A stretch of 64,000 bases of DNA from Alphaproteobacteria bacterium (lineage in GTDB: Bacteria; Pseudomonadota; Alphaproteobacteria; SP197): positions 5,152,001-5,216,000 of the forward strand of contig OZ245842.1 of the NCBI GenBank assembly GCA_965228895.1, in the 5' to 3' direction. Shown piece after piece: positions 45,713-55,946 of this stretch. Made by a program: the position numbers and the translations under genes. Numbering within the stretch: the first letter of the stretch is position 1; the number at the start of each line of letters is the position of its first letter. Below the pieces are notes generated by a model. That model saw only the letters and a program-made list of their open reading frames with translations, ran no database searches and was not told where the DNA came from.

Positions 45713-46681
45713 ATGACACAACGGACGGCCCTTATCTTCGGCATCAGCGGTCAGGACGGTGCCTATCTGACGCAACGCCTGATCGACCATGGTTATGCCG
45801 TGCACGGCGCCTCGCGCGATGTTGCCAACCGGGATTTCGATGGCCTTGCGGCGTTGGGCATCAAGGATCACGTCACACTTCATTCGGTCTCGACGCTGGA
45901 TCGCGAGCAGGTGGGCCGGTTGGTGGCGGACGTAGCGCCGGACGAGATCTACAACCTGGGCGGCCAGAGTTCGGTCGGCCTGTCGTTCGAACAACCGCTT
46001 GAGACATTCCACAGCAACGTCACCGGCACCGCCAACCTGCTTGAGACCATCCGGTTATCGAGACCGGACACCCGTTTCTACAACGCCTGCTCAGGCGAGT
46101 GTTTTGGTGATCTGGGCGACGGCGAGGCCGCTGACGAAACGACGGCGTTTCGACCTGTCAGCCCCTATGCCGGGGCCAAGGCCACGGCCTTTTGGATGGT
46201 CGTTTGTTATCGTGAAACCTATGGCCTGCACGCCTCATCCGGCATCCTTTTCAACCATGAATCGCCGCTGCGTCCCGCCCGTTTTGTGACACGGAAGGTC
46301 GTCGCTGCCGCCGCCAGGATCGCCGCCGGATCCGATGAGAAGCTGACGCTTGGCGATACCACGATACGCCGTGATTGGGGTTGGGCGCCCGAATACATGG
46401 AGGCGGTGCGGCGCATGGTGCAGCTCGACACACCCGAAGACTTTGTTATCGCCACCGGTGTCCCGCACAGCCTTCAGGAGTTTGTCGAAACGGCGTTCGA
46501 TCACTTCGGCCTCGACTGGGCCGACCATGTGATGACCGACCCGTCACTGTTCCGTCCGTCGGAAATACGCCAGAACGCCGGAAATGCCGCCAAGGCCGCG
46601 CGGCTTCTGGACTGGCGGGCCACGGTGACCATGCCCGAGGTCGTCGTGCGCATGGCGGAGGCCGAATCGGCGCGTCGTTGA
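45713..46681 (+). CDS. gmd: GDP-mannose 4,6-dehydratase
   Basis: 'GISGQDGAYL', 'PDEIYNL', 'SPYAGAK', 'GILFNHESPLR', 'FVTRK', 'RDWGWA'. Confidence 0.9.
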   Translation: MTQRTALIFGISGQDGAYLTQRLIDHGYAVHGASRDVANRDFDGLAALGIKDHVTLHSVSTLDREQVGRLVADVAPDEIYNLGGQSSVGLSFEQPLETFHSNVTGTANLLETIRLSRPDTRFYNACSGECFGDLGDGEAADETTAFRPVSPYAGAKATAFWMVVCYRETYGLHASSGILFNHESPLRPARFVTRKVVAAAARIAAGSDEKLTLGDTTIRRDWGWAPEYMEAVRRMVQLDTPEDFVIATGVPHSLQEFVETAFDHFGLDWADHVMTDPSLFRPSEIRQNAGNAAKAARLLDWRATVTMPEVVVRMAEAESARR

Positions 46682-47799
46682 GCGAACTGCGACAACTTGC
46701 CGCCCGGAACTTGAGGGCCGGGCGCTGCGCCTGGCGGCGTGGACTCCATGTCTGCGGTCTCTACCGTCCGCAACTGGCGCCGGTGAACATTGTTGTCGAG
46801 CGTGCCGACTGGGTGCTCAAACGTTTTGGCGAAGAGATCGTCGAACACGTCAACGACTCCCATCCGGGCACGGCAGCTGTTACTACGGCGCCCGACCTGA
46901 TGGTTGATACGACCGTGCACTTTGCATCGCAGTACATGTGGCTAACTTGGGGTCAGCACATGTCGCGGTCAAATCGCTTCGTCGTCTCCTTCTTTCACGG
47001 CAAGCGCGAAGACGGCGACAATATCGACCGTCACATCGATCTTTTCCTGGAGTCGGTGCCCCGACTATCCCGCATTGTGACGGCCGCCAGCATTATCGAG
47101 GAACGCCTGACCTCATGGGGCGTCGATCCCCAGCGGATCGTGCGCATTCCCCTCGGTGTCGATGCCGAGGTCTTTCGGTTTCCCGACGCGGCGCAACGGA
47201 CGGCGGCGCGCCGGCGCTTCGGCGTGCCGGATGGCGCCTTGTGCATCGGGTCCTTCCAGAAGGACGGTGTCGGCTGGGGTGAGGGCGTCGAGCCGAAACT
47301 GATCAAAGGACCCGATCTTTTTGTCGAAGCGGTCGCGCGGATTGCGCGTGAGAGGCCGGTGCATGTTCTCCTGACCGGCCCGGCGCGGGGTTTTGTCAAA
47401 CAAGGACTCGAATCACACGGCATTTCCTTTCACCACGAATACCTCAAAGACCAGCGTGAACTCACTGCCTGTTACCATGCGCTCGACCTCTATCTCGTCA
47501 CGTCGAGAGAGGAGGGCGGGCCGCTGGCTTTGCTGGAGAGCATGGCGACTGGCGTGCCGGTCGTTTCGACACCGGTGGGCATGTCACCGGACGTCATTGA
47601 GGACGGTAGGACAGGCGGTCTTGCCGACGTCGATGCCGACAGCCTTGGTCAACGTGCTCTCGACCTGCTGGCTGACGATGATGCGCTCACGGCGCTTAAA
47701 CATAACGCGCGCCAACGGGTGCTTGCCTGTGATTGGCGCGAGGTCGCACGCCAGCACTATGACAAGGTCTACAAACCCTTGATCGGTGGGCCCTCGTGA
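46678..47799 (+). CDS. Glycosyltransferase family 4
   Basis: TTG start overlapping gmd stop; 'GSFQKDG', 'KGPD', 'SREEGGPLALLESMATGVPVV'. Confidence 0.88.
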   Translation: MSELRQLAARNLRAGRCAWRRGLHVCGLYRPQLAPVNIVVERADWVLKRFGEEIVEHVNDSHPGTAAVTTAPDLMVDTTVHFASQYMWLTWGQHMSRSNRFVVSFFHGKREDGDNIDRHIDLFLESVPRLSRIVTAASIIEERLTSWGVDPQRIVRIPLGVDAEVFRFPDAAQRTAARRRFGVPDGALCIGSFQKDGVGWGEGVEPKLIKGPDLFVEAVARIARERPVHVLLTGPARGFVKQGLESHGISFHHEYLKDQRELTACYHALDLYLVTSREEGGPLALLESMATGVPVVSTPVGMSPDVIEDGRTGGLADVDADSLGQRALDLLADDDALTALKHNARQRVLACDWREVARQHYDKVYKPLIGGPS

Positions 47800-48893
47800 C
47801 CGCACTGCGCGATCCGCTGACCAAACGCTTGGCGCGGAGCGCCTATCGGTTTGGTCTCGGTGTCGAAGTACTGTCCCGATCGGGCGGGCGGTCCGGTGAG
47901 CCACGTTTGTTCTATGGCGGCACGCGGCCCGGCAACAGTGGTGGTGCGCTGGTCAAGATGCAGCGTCTGGTCGAGTACTTCCCGGAGGATCGTAAGCGCT
48001 ACAACTTGGTCTACCTGATGAGCAACACCCCTTACCTGCCGCCGTTTGCGCTCGACGCGCTCAAACGCCGTGGCGTGCCGATCGTATTGAATCAGAACGG
48101 CGTTTTCTATGGTGGCTGGTTCGCCGGCGACTGGCAGGCGAAGAACCGCGAGATGGCGGTCGCCTATCACGCCGCCGATCATGTCTTCTGGCAAAGCGCG
48201 TTCTGCCGCCGGTCTGCCGACCGATTTCTCGGCGAGCGGGATGGCGCGGGCGAGGTGCTCTTCAACGCCGTCGACACCGACCATTTCTCGCCCGCAACCG
48301 AACGCCCTGAACGCCCGCTGACCTTTCTGGTCGCGGGTAAGATCGACCAGCATCTTTTCTATCGTATTGACTCAAGCCTCAGGGGTTTTGCCGAGGCGCG
48401 CCGGCGCGGTTTGGATGCCGCCATGATCATTGCGGGTTTGCTCGATACGCGAATCGACGGGATGACACGCGCGCTCATCGATGACCTGAGACTTGGCGAA
48501 CGGGTCTCCGTCACCGGTGGCTATCGTCAGGCTGACGCACCGTCGGTCTATCGCCAGGCGGACATCTATCTCATGACCAAACACAACGACCCCTGCCCGA
48601 ACACGGTCCTGGAAGCCATGGCATCCGGCCTGCCGGTGATCTATTCGGCGACCGGCGGTGTGCCGGAGCTGGTTGGCGAGGAGGCCGGCATCGGACTGGC
48701 TTGCGCGGAAAGCTGGGACGAACCGCATTGGCCCGCGCCTGACGCGTTGGCGCAGGCCATGTTGCAGGCTGCCGAAGCGCGAGAGACGATGGCGTCGGCC
48801 GCGCGTGATCGCGCCGTCGCCCGGTTCGGCATCGAACACTGGATCGGCCGTCATCGCGCGGTCTTCGAGTCGTTGCTGGAAAACCGCGCATGA
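47796..48893 (+). CDS. Glycosyltransferase family 4
   Basis: 'NAVDTDHF', 'DPCPNTVLEAMASGLPVI...GGVPELV'. Confidence 0.88.
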   Translation: MTALRDPLTKRLARSAYRFGLGVEVLSRSGGRSGEPRLFYGGTRPGNSGGALVKMQRLVEYFPEDRKRYNLVYLMSNTPYLPPFALDALKRRGVPIVLNQNGVFYGGWFAGDWQAKNREMAVAYHAADHVFWQSAFCRRSADRFLGERDGAGEVLFNAVDTDHFSPATERPERPLTFLVAGKIDQHLFYRIDSSLRGFAEARRRGLDAAMIIAGLLDTRIDGMTRALIDDLRLGERVSVTGGYRQADAPSVYRQADIYLMTKHNDPCPNTVLEAMASGLPVIYSATGGVPELVGEEAGIGLACAESWDEPHWPAPDALAQAMLQAAEARETMASAARDRAVARFGIEHWIGRHRAVFESLLENRA

Positions 48894-49678
48894 GCCCGGG
48901 AACGAAACGCCTGATCCTCGGTATCGCCGGCGTCTTGGCGTTGCCGCTACATTTGATTCCGGCACGCTTGCGCCGCGGACTTTTGTTCGGCGCCATAACT
49001 CTTGAATCGCGTCTCGGCACGCCGGCGGAGAGCCTCAAGCGACTCTATGGTCTGAGCGACGATCTCGAACGTGTCATCGCTGACCGCGCGATGGCGCTGG
49101 GTGACGGCATCCACCCCAAGCACCGGCTGACCAACTACCATGACTTTTTTGTCGCGCGCATCGATGACGGCAAGCGCGTGCTGGATATTGGCTGTGGCTA
49201 TGGCGAAGTCGCGCGTTCGATTGCGCGGGCGCGCCCGTCTTCGATGGTCACCGGCATCGACATTGAAGCGCCGCTGATCGATCAGGCCAAGGCGGCGGAT
49301 AATCCCGCCAACCTGACCTTTGTCCTGGGTGATGCGCTCAAGGATTTGCCGGACGGCCATTGCGACGTCATCGTGCTCTCCAATGTGCTGGAGCATCTGG
49401 AACATCGTATCGAATTCTTGAAGGGTTTGAGGACACGGCTGACGCCCGAGCGTGTCTTGATCCGCGTGCCGCTTTATGAACGCTCCTGGCATGTGCCGAT
49501 GCGCGATGAGCTTGGCATCACCTATTTTTCCGACCGAACGCACTTCATCGAACACCGCCTGAGGGAATTCGAAGATGAGGTGACAGAGGCTGGCTTCGTC
49601 ATCGTCGAATGTCAGACGTTCTGGGGTGAAATCTGGGCCGACTGCCGGTCTGCCCAAGACAGAAAGCAAAGTGACTGA
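48890..49678 (+). CDS. Class I SAM-dependent methyltransferase
   Basis: 'VLDIGCGYG', 'GIDI', 'SNVLEH'. Confidence 0.88.
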   Translation: MSPGTKRLILGIAGVLALPLHLIPARLRRGLLFGAITLESRLGTPAESLKRLYGLSDDLERVIADRAMALGDGIHPKHRLTNYHDFFVARIDDGKRVLDIGCGYGEVARSIARARPSSMVTGIDIEAPLIDQAKAADNPANLTFVLGDALKDLPDGHCDVIVLSNVLEHLEHRIEFLKGLRTRLTPERVLIRVPLYERSWHVPMRDELGITYFSDRTHFIEHRLREFEDEVTEAGFVIVECQTFWGEIWADCRSAQDRKQSD

Positions 49679-50523
49679 TGCCTGACGTCAGCGTCGTTCT
49701 GCCCTGTTTCAACGCGCATGCGTTTCTCGATCGCGCGCTGGACAGCGTGAGAGCGCAGACCGTCGCTGACCTCGAAGTCCTGATTGTTGACGATGGCTCG
49801 ACCGATCCCGACACCGTTGCCTATCTGGATGCGCTTGATCCGGCTATCCGCGTCGTCCGTCAGGAGAACCGCGGGCTTGCCGGTGCGCGCAACCGGGCGT
49901 TCGAGGAAGCGCAAGGGCGTTTTGTGCTGCCGCTGGACTGCGACGACTGGATCGCGCCTGACTTTATCGCCAAGGCTCTTGCCGTGGTCGGTGATAACGA
50001 CAACGCTTTCGCATTTGCCTGGCTTGATGTCTTCGGCGACTTCTCGGCGGTTCTTCAGAAAAACTGGAACCTCTACGAGCAGCTTTTCTTCAACCAACTG
50101 CCTTACTGCATGTTGATCCCGAAGGCATTGTGGGCGCGCGTCGGCGGTTATGATGAGACCATGCGTTGGGGTTATGAGGACTGGGACTTCAACATCCGCC
50201 TGGGTCTGGCTGGCGCCGAGGGTCATGTCGTTGCCGAGCCGTTGTTTCACTATTACGCCAGCGGTGGCGGCATGTTGCAGACCATGTCGAACCGCCGCTA
50301 TGCGGAATTGTGGGCGGGTATCCAGGTGAAACATTCGGAGACCTATCGGCTTGGTTCCTTGCTGGCGCTCAAGAAAGCGTGGGCGGGCAAACCGTCGACC
50401 TACCCGCCGGCGCTGTTGCTTGTTTGGTGGTTTGCCTTTCGGACCCTGCCGCGCCCGCTGTTTCAGGCGCTATTCGACCGCCTCTTGCGTCATTCTCACG
50501 TGCGGCGCACGGCTGGCGTCTGA
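49678..50523 (+). CDS. Glycosyltransferase family 2
   Basis: 'VSVVLPCFN', 'VDDGSTD', 'NRGLAGARN', 'LDCDD', 'YEDWDF'. Confidence 0.92.
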   Translation: MPDVSVVLPCFNAHAFLDRALDSVRAQTVADLEVLIVDDGSTDPDTVAYLDALDPAIRVVRQENRGLAGARNRAFEEAQGRFVLPLDCDDWIAPDFIAKALAVVGDNDNAFAFAWLDVFGDFSAVLQKNWNLYEQLFFNQLPYCMLIPKALWARVGGYDETMRWGYEDWDFNIRLGLAGAEGHVVAEPLFHYYASGGGMLQTMSNRRYAELWAGIQVKHSETYRLGSLLALKKAWAGKPSTYPPALLLVWWFAFRTLPRPLFQALFDRLLRHSHVRRTAGV

Positions 50524-50532
50524 CGTCACGCC

Positions 50533-52416
50533 ATGTGCGGTGTTACCGGCCAAGTCAACCTTGATGGTCTCGATCGCGATGCGATAGCGCCCCGGCTTGA
50601 TCGGGCGGTGGCACGCCTCAGGGCGCGCGGACCGGACGCCAACGGCACGTGGTTCGACCGATGCGCCGCGCTCGGTCACACTCGCCTTGCCATCATCGAT
50701 CTGAGCGAAGCCGGCGCCCAGCCAATGACCGATGACGGTCTGGCGCTGGTCTATAACGGCGAGATCTACAATCACGCCGACCTCCGGCGGGAACTGGAAA
50801 CGCTCGGCCACCGGTTCCGTGGCCAGTCCGATACCGAGGTGCTTTTGAAGGCATGGCGCCAATGGGGCGCCGCCGTGCTGCCGCGCCTGAACGGCATGTT
50901 CGCCTTCGCTCTGTGGGATGGTCGCGAGCTCATTCTCGCCCGCGACCGCTTCGGCAAGAAACCACTGCTTTATGCCAGCGACGGTCGGCAGCTCACCTTT
51001 GCCTCCGACCTCGTCGCGCTCGAGCATCTCGAAGCGACGCAACGCCCGGTCGATCCGGCCGCTCTGCGACTCTTCTTCGCGCTGCGCTATCTGCCGGAAC
51101 CCTGGTCGATCGCCCAGGGCGTGCGTCATTTGGCGCCCGGTCACGTCGCGCGTTTTTCGCAAGACGGGCTCCAGGTTGAGAGCTGGGTCTCACCATCTCC
51201 CGCCGGCCCCTATGCGGACGAGGCCGAGGCTGCGCGCGATTTGGCCGATCGTTTCGACGCCGCCGTTGCCGCGCGTCTGGTTGCCGATGTGCCGGTTGGC
51301 GCGTATCTCTCAGGCGGTGTCGACTCCGGTCTCGTGACCGCGGCCATGGTGCGTCACGCGCGCGATGTCAGGAGTTTCACGGTCGGTTTCGCCGGCGTTC
51401 CCGACTATTACGAGGAACGTCCGGCCGCGCGCCGTGTCGCCGATCATCTGGGTCTCGACCACTCGGAGATCGAGGTCAGTCCGGACGACGCACTTGCCGC
51501 GATCGAACCGATGTTCGACGGCCTCGACGAACCGTTCGCCGATTCCTCCGCGCTACCGTCCTACATTCTGGCCCGCGAAACCCGCCGGCACGTGACCGTG
51601 GCGCTGTCCGGTGACGGCGGCGACGAGGTCTTTGGCGGCTACCGCATGTATCAAGGGGAATTTTGGGCCGGGCGTTATGGCGCCTTGCCCGGTTGGCTGC
51701 GCCGGGGCCTGATCGAGCCGATGGTCGGCGCCATGCCGGACGGCAAGGGCTCGCGGCTGACCGATCATGCGCGGCGCCTCAAACGTTTTGTCGATCACGG
51801 CGCCAAACCGGCGATCGCACGGCGTGCCGGCCTGGCGCGGCTGCTGGACGAACATGAGCTCGACGCCTTGATGGCCGTGCCCAGCGAAGCACCGACCGTC
51901 GAACAACTGTTCGCCATCGCGCGGCGCGACGCACCGGCCGACGATCCGTTGACCGCCCTTTTGATCGGTGATCAGGTCCTCGGTCTGCCCGGCGACATGC
52001 TGGCCAAGGTCGACCGCACGTCGATGGCGGTCAGTCTGGAGGTCCGCTCGCCGTTTCTCGATCCCAGTGTCGTCGCATCGGCGAATGCCATGCCGGGTCC
52101 CTGGAAGCTCAAACCCGGTCAGGGTAAGGCAATCCTAAAGAAGGCGTTCTCGGACTGGCTGCCGGACGACGTGTTCAGTTTGCCGAAGAAGGGTTTCGAA
52201 CTGCCGATCGACCGTTGGCTAACGGGACCGCTGGACGATCTCACGCGCCGCGCCATTGACCGCGGGCGGCTGGAGCGCCAGGGTCTGATCAAACCTGACT
52301 TGCCGGCGCGCTGGTATGACGATCTGAACTCTGGCCGCCGCGATACGGCTTGGCACCTGTGGGCGATGATCAGCTTCGCCGCCTGGTCGGAACGCCGCGA
52401 GGCCGGTTGGTCATGA
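50533..52416 (+). CDS. asnB: Second asparagine synthase-like glutamine amidotransferase
   Basis: 'MCGVTG', 'RGPD', 'NGEIYN', 'LSGGVDS', 'SGDGGDEVFGGY', 'EVRSPFLD'. Confidence 0.93.
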   Translation: MCGVTGQVNLDGLDRDAIAPRLDRAVARLRARGPDANGTWFDRCAALGHTRLAIIDLSEAGAQPMTDDGLALVYNGEIYNHADLRRELETLGHRFRGQSDTEVLLKAWRQWGAAVLPRLNGMFAFALWDGRELILARDRFGKKPLLYASDGRQLTFASDLVALEHLEATQRPVDPAALRLFFALRYLPEPWSIAQGVRHLAPGHVARFSQDGLQVESWVSPSPAGPYADEAEAARDLADRFDAAVAARLVADVPVGAYLSGGVDSGLVTAAMVRHARDVRSFTVGFAGVPDYYEERPAARRVADHLGLDHSEIEVSPDDALAAIEPMFDGLDEPFADSSALPSYILARETRRHVTVALSGDGGDEVFGGYRMYQGEFWAGRYGALPGWLRRGLIEPMVGAMPDGKGSRLTDHARRLKRFVDHGAKPAIARRAGLARLLDEHELDALMAVPSEAPTVEQLFAIARRDAPADDPLTALLIGDQVLGLPGDMLAKVDRTSMAVSLEVRSPFLDPSVVASANAMPGPWKLKPGQGKAILKKAFSDWLPDDVFSLPKKGFELPIDRWLTGPLDDLTRRAIDRGRLERQGLIKPDLPARWYDDLNSGRRDTAWHLWAMISFAAWSERREAGWS

Positions 52417-53543
52417 AGATCTGTCAGCTCTGCGCGGTCGACTTCACGATGTACCGGTTCCTGCTGCCGTTGTGCCTGGCCATACAGGAGGCTGGTCACG
52501 AGGTCGTTGCCGTGTGTTCGCCGGGCCCGCTGCTCGACCGGGTCGAAGCCGCCGGCATTCGCTGCCGTCCGGTCGTCATCGAGCGCAGCATGAATCCGTT
52601 CGCGCAGAGACGCGCGGCACGTGCTCTAAAGCGCCTGTTCGAAGAAGAGGCATTCGATATCGTTCATGTCCATACGCCGGTCGCCAGTCTGGTTGGACGT
52701 TATGCGGCATGGCGCGCCGGCGTGCCGTGCGTCGTCTACACCGCCCACGGTTTCTATTTTCACGAAAACATGGCGTGGCCGAAGCGCAACCTGATCATCG
52801 CGCTGGAATGGTTGGCGGGCCGCGTCACCGATGTGCTGCTGACGCAATCCGAGGAAGACGCCCAGACCGCGCGTCGCTTGAAGCTGACCCGTGCGCGTGT
52901 CGTTGCGGCGATCGGCAACGGCGTCGACACCACGCGCTTTTCGCCTGGTGATGACGCCGTGCGCCGACGACTGCGCGGCGAGCTCGAGACGCCGGAGGAT
53001 GCGGTTGTCATCATGATGACCGGCCGTTTGGTTGCCGAGAAAGGCTATCCCGAGCTGTTTCGCGCGATGGCGGGTGTCGACGCGCACTTGTGGGTCGCCG
53101 GCGACCGTTTGGCCAGCGACCACGCCGATGCCATCGATGACGCGCTGGACGAGGTATCGGCGGACCCGCTGCTGGCGCCGCGCGTTCACCTGTTGGGCCA
53201 ACGCGACGATGTCCCCGACCTGCTGCGTGCCGCCGATATCTTCACGCTGCCGTCCCATCGCGAAGGCATGCCGCGTTCGATCATCGAAGCCATGATGACC
53301 GGCCTGCCAGTTGTCGCGACCGATATCAGGGGCAGCCGCGAGGAGGTGGTCGATGGCGAGACCGGGCTTCTTGTGCCGGTCAAGGATACGAGGTCGCTGC
53401 AGAGTGCCCTGGCGCGTCTTGCCGACGACCCGGCGCTTCGCGCGCGCATGGGCGAGGCCGGGCGCGCGCGGGCGCTAGAGATCTACGACGAAAAACTGGT
53501 TATCGAACGGCAGTTAGACTTGCTGGATTTGCGGGCAGTCTAG
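52413..53543 (+). CDS. Glycosyltransferase family 4 (WbuB/CapM-like)
   Basis: 'HVHTP', 'YTAHGF', 'GRLVAEKG', 'PSHREGMPRSIIEAM'; ATGA overlap. Confidence 0.92.
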   Translation: MKICQLCAVDFTMYRFLLPLCLAIQEAGHEVVAVCSPGPLLDRVEAAGIRCRPVVIERSMNPFAQRRAARALKRLFEEEAFDIVHVHTPVASLVGRYAAWRAGVPCVVYTAHGFYFHENMAWPKRNLIIALEWLAGRVTDVLLTQSEEDAQTARRLKLTRARVVAAIGNGVDTTRFSPGDDAVRRRLRGELETPEDAVVIMMTGRLVAEKGYPELFRAMAGVDAHLWVAGDRLASDHADAIDDALDEVSADPLLAPRVHLLGQRDDVPDLLRAADIFTLPSHREGMPRSIIEAMMTGLPVVATDIRGSREEVVDGETGLLVPVKDTRSLQSALARLADDPALRARMGEAGRARALEIYDEKLVIERQLDLLDLRAV

Positions 53544-53550
53544 GCAGCGG

Positions 53551-55263
53551 TCACGCGTCGTCTTTGTCGCCGGCGGGCTTCTTTTTCCGCCGGCTTTTCT
53601 TTTCCTTGGGCAGGACGGTGATCGCCCACTTGATGGTCGTCGACTCGCCATTCAGGCCACCGGAAACAACGATCTGGCTGGAACGCCGCATGGTGCCGCC
53701 ACCCAGATAGATCGAGTCGGCAACGGAGACCACGCCGCCCTGGGCGCGGAAACGCCAGCCTTCGCCCGACGCCAGACGCATCAGGACGCTGGCGCCGTCG
53801 CGGATCGCGGCGGCCTGGACATCCGGATGCAGGTGAAAGCGCAGCGTGAACTGTTCGCCGCCGGGACCGTCGGCAATGTCCTCGCCGCGCAAATCGGTGC
53901 CGTCGGCGTTCATGAAAAGACGTCGGCGATGGATCAACCGGCTGTTCGCCCGGTAGCCGTCATGGCTCAGGGTAAGCCAGGTCGCGCCTTCCTGCTCGTC
54001 CCGCTCGACGGTGACCTCTTTGGGCGCGCGGCCCAACGTGCCGTCGGCGCGGAATTCGACGGCATTGTTGTCGTCGATGCCCAGGGTCGAATGCGCCGCT
54101 GTCGCACGGCACGCCGCGCGCCATTCGCTGTTCGGGCCGTGATAGGCACCGACGTTCACGATCAGACGTTCGCGGCCGATACTCATCTCAAAGCTCAAGG
54201 GTCCTGCCTGGGCCTCGCCGGCAAAATCAGCCGGTGGCGGGGTGCCGGTATCGACCAGCATCAAGGTGCGCCGGGCGACGATCCGTTCGTAGCCGGTCTG
54301 CAGCGCGCGCGATGTCGGTTTGCCCGTCGCCTGACCCAGCGCCAGAACGTTGTCGATCAGTTCGGCCTGTTCCTCCGACGACCCGTTGAACAGCGCCAGG
54401 CCGCCATCGCCGTGACGGTAGAAGCGCAGCATCGGCGCGGTGCGGTCGATCGCCAGCTGCAGCCAGTCCGGGGTCGGTTTCTTCGTGGCGATCAGGGCGA
54501 AGCGGATCTCGACGAGATCGCGCATGAGCTGGAACTGCACGCTGGCGTTGCGTTCAGCCTGCCCGCCGTCAGGCAGGGATTGGCGGTCGAGCTCGTGCTC
54601 CAGCAGCCGAAGGCCCTGGGGCAGCCGGCGTTCGGCGCCCGGCAGGGTCATGCCGGCATAGATCAGCGCTTTGACCGCCGCGATTCGGCCGATGCCCTCG
54701 GGCCCATGACCGACGACGCGGGCGAGGTGGCGCGTCTGTTCGGCGAGGCTTTGCAGGAAGCGGCGGCGAAACAGGATATCGGAGCCGTTGAGCAGGAAAC
54801 CGCCATGGGTCAGCCATGCCGCCAGCCGCCGGCCCAGGATGTCCGGGCGCCAGCAGAAGCGTTCCCAGCTGCCGCATTCGGCCATCCAGTTGGCGCAGGC
54901 ATGGCGCGCCGCGCCACGGGCGTCACCGCCCAGCTCTCTGAGGTCGCGCAGCCACTGGAAGCCATGCAGTTCGGCGACCCAGCCGTCCCACGCCTCCGTC
55001 GGATACCAGTCGACGCTGCCCGGTTTGCCGTCGAATTGCAGGGTCTGGCCGGCAAACCGCCAGGTCCCCTTCATGATCTGGCGCGCGCGGTCGGCATCGC
55101 CGGGCCACGGGTCGGTCGGCGCCTGGGCCAACCGCTCGGGCTGACGCCCGCCCAAGGTAAAGCGATAGAGCGGGCTGGCATACGCCACCGCGCGCAGTGA
55201 ATCGATGGGTCCACGCATGGCACGCCGACGGCGCCGCGTGATGTCGCCTCCGCTGGCCATCAA
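53551..55263 (-). CDS. Heparinase II/III family protein
   Basis: 'LHGFQWLRDL', 'DGGQAERN', 'RHGDGGLALFNG', 'AGPLSFE', 'RATAAHST', 'HDGY', 'RFHLHP'; usual alphaproteobacterial context next to rsmB/rpe. Confidence 0.88.
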   Translation of the reverse strand: MMASGGDITRRRRRAMRGPIDSLRAVAYASPLYRFTLGGRQPERLAQAPTDPWPGDADRARQIMKGTWRFAGQTLQFDGKPGSVDWYPTEAWDGWVAELHGFQWLRDLRELGGDARGAARHACANWMAECGSWERFCWRPDILGRRLAAWLTHGGFLLNGSDILFRRRFLQSLAEQTRHLARVVGHGPEGIGRIAAVKALIYAGMTLPGAERRLPQGLRLLEHELDRQSLPDGGQAERNASVQFQLMRDLVEIRFALIATKKPTPDWLQLAIDRTAPMLRFYRHGDGGLALFNGSSEEQAELIDNVLALGQATGKPTSRALQTGYERIVARRTLMLVDTGTPPPADFAGEAQAGPLSFEMSIGRERLIVNVGAYHGPNSEWRAACRATAAHSTLGIDDNNAVEFRADGTLGRAPKEVTVERDEQEGATWLTLSHDGYRANSRLIHRRRLFMNADGTDLRGEDIADGPGGEQFTLRFHLHPDVQAAAIRDGASVLMRLASGEGWRFRAQGGVVSVADSIYLGGGTMRRSSQIVVSGGLNGESTTIKWAITVLPKEKKSRRKKKPAGDKDDA

Positions 55264-55269
55264 AACGGC

Positions 55270-55929
55270 TTAGCCGCGCAATGTGGCGATATTGGTCGCG
55301 TAAGCCGCCGTGTCGCCCGTGAAGACGGCGCTGCCGGCAACCAGCACATCGGCGCCGGCCGCAATCGCCTGGGGTGCGGTTTCAGGGGTGATGCCGCCGT
55401 CGACTTCCAGGTCAATCGTACGTCCGGTCGCGTCGATCTTTGCCCGCAGCGCCTTGATCTTGTCGAGCGCCGCCGGAATGAAGCTTTGACCGCCAAAGCC
55501 GGGATTGACGCTCATGACCAGCACCAGGTCGACCAATTCGAGTACGTGGTCGACCGCGTCGACCGGTGTTGCCGGGTTGAGCGAGATGCCGGCCTTCTTG
55601 CCGAGCGCCTTGATGCGCTGCAGCGAACGGTGCACGTGGGGACCGGCTTCGGGATGCACGGTCAAGATATCCGCGCCCGCCTCGGCGAAGGCGTCGAGCA
55701 GCGGGTCGACCGGCGTGATCATCAGGTGCACATCGAAGGTCTTGGCGCTGTGCGGGCGCAGCTTGGCGACCACCGGCGGTCCGATCGTGAGGTTCGGCAC
55801 GAAGTGACCGTCCATCACATCGACATGGATATAGTCCGCGCCGGCCTTGTCGACGGCCCGGATCTCCTCGCCCATGGCGGCGAAGTCGGCCGCCAGGATG
55901 GAAGGCGCGATGCGAATACCTTGTGGCAT
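55270..55929 (-). CDS. rpe: Ribulose-phosphate 3-epimerase
   Basis: 'IAPSIL', '[12 protein letters not shown]', 'DVHLM', '[10 protein letters not shown]', 'EVDGG', 'VAGSA'. Confidence 0.97.
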   Translation of the reverse strand: MPQGIRIAPSILAADFAAMGEEIRAVDKAGADYIHVDVMDGHFVPNLTIGPPVVAKLRPHSAKTFDVHLMITPVDPLLDAFAEAGADILTVHPEAGPHVHRSLQRIKALGKKAGISLNPATPVDAVDHVLELVDLVLVMSVNPGFGGQSFIPAALDKIKALRAKIDATGRTIDLEVDGGITPETAPQAIAAGADVLVAGSAVFTGDTAAYATNIATLRG

Positions 55930-55946
55930 GACGATGAGGTAACAGG

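Noticed and set aside
46375-46677. N-terminal extensions in the ORF track (also 58328-58651, 21364-21462, 59032-59352)
   Set aside because: They overlap neighbouring real genes; downstream starts give better boundaries (stop/start overlap, SD or signal peptide).
53827-55200. 457-aa plus-strand ORF (likewise 19919-21283, 37788-38807, 56148-57260, 58434-59372 and 59831-60769)
   Set aside because: Antisense shadows of well-supported genes in GC-rich DNA; no recognisable motifs.
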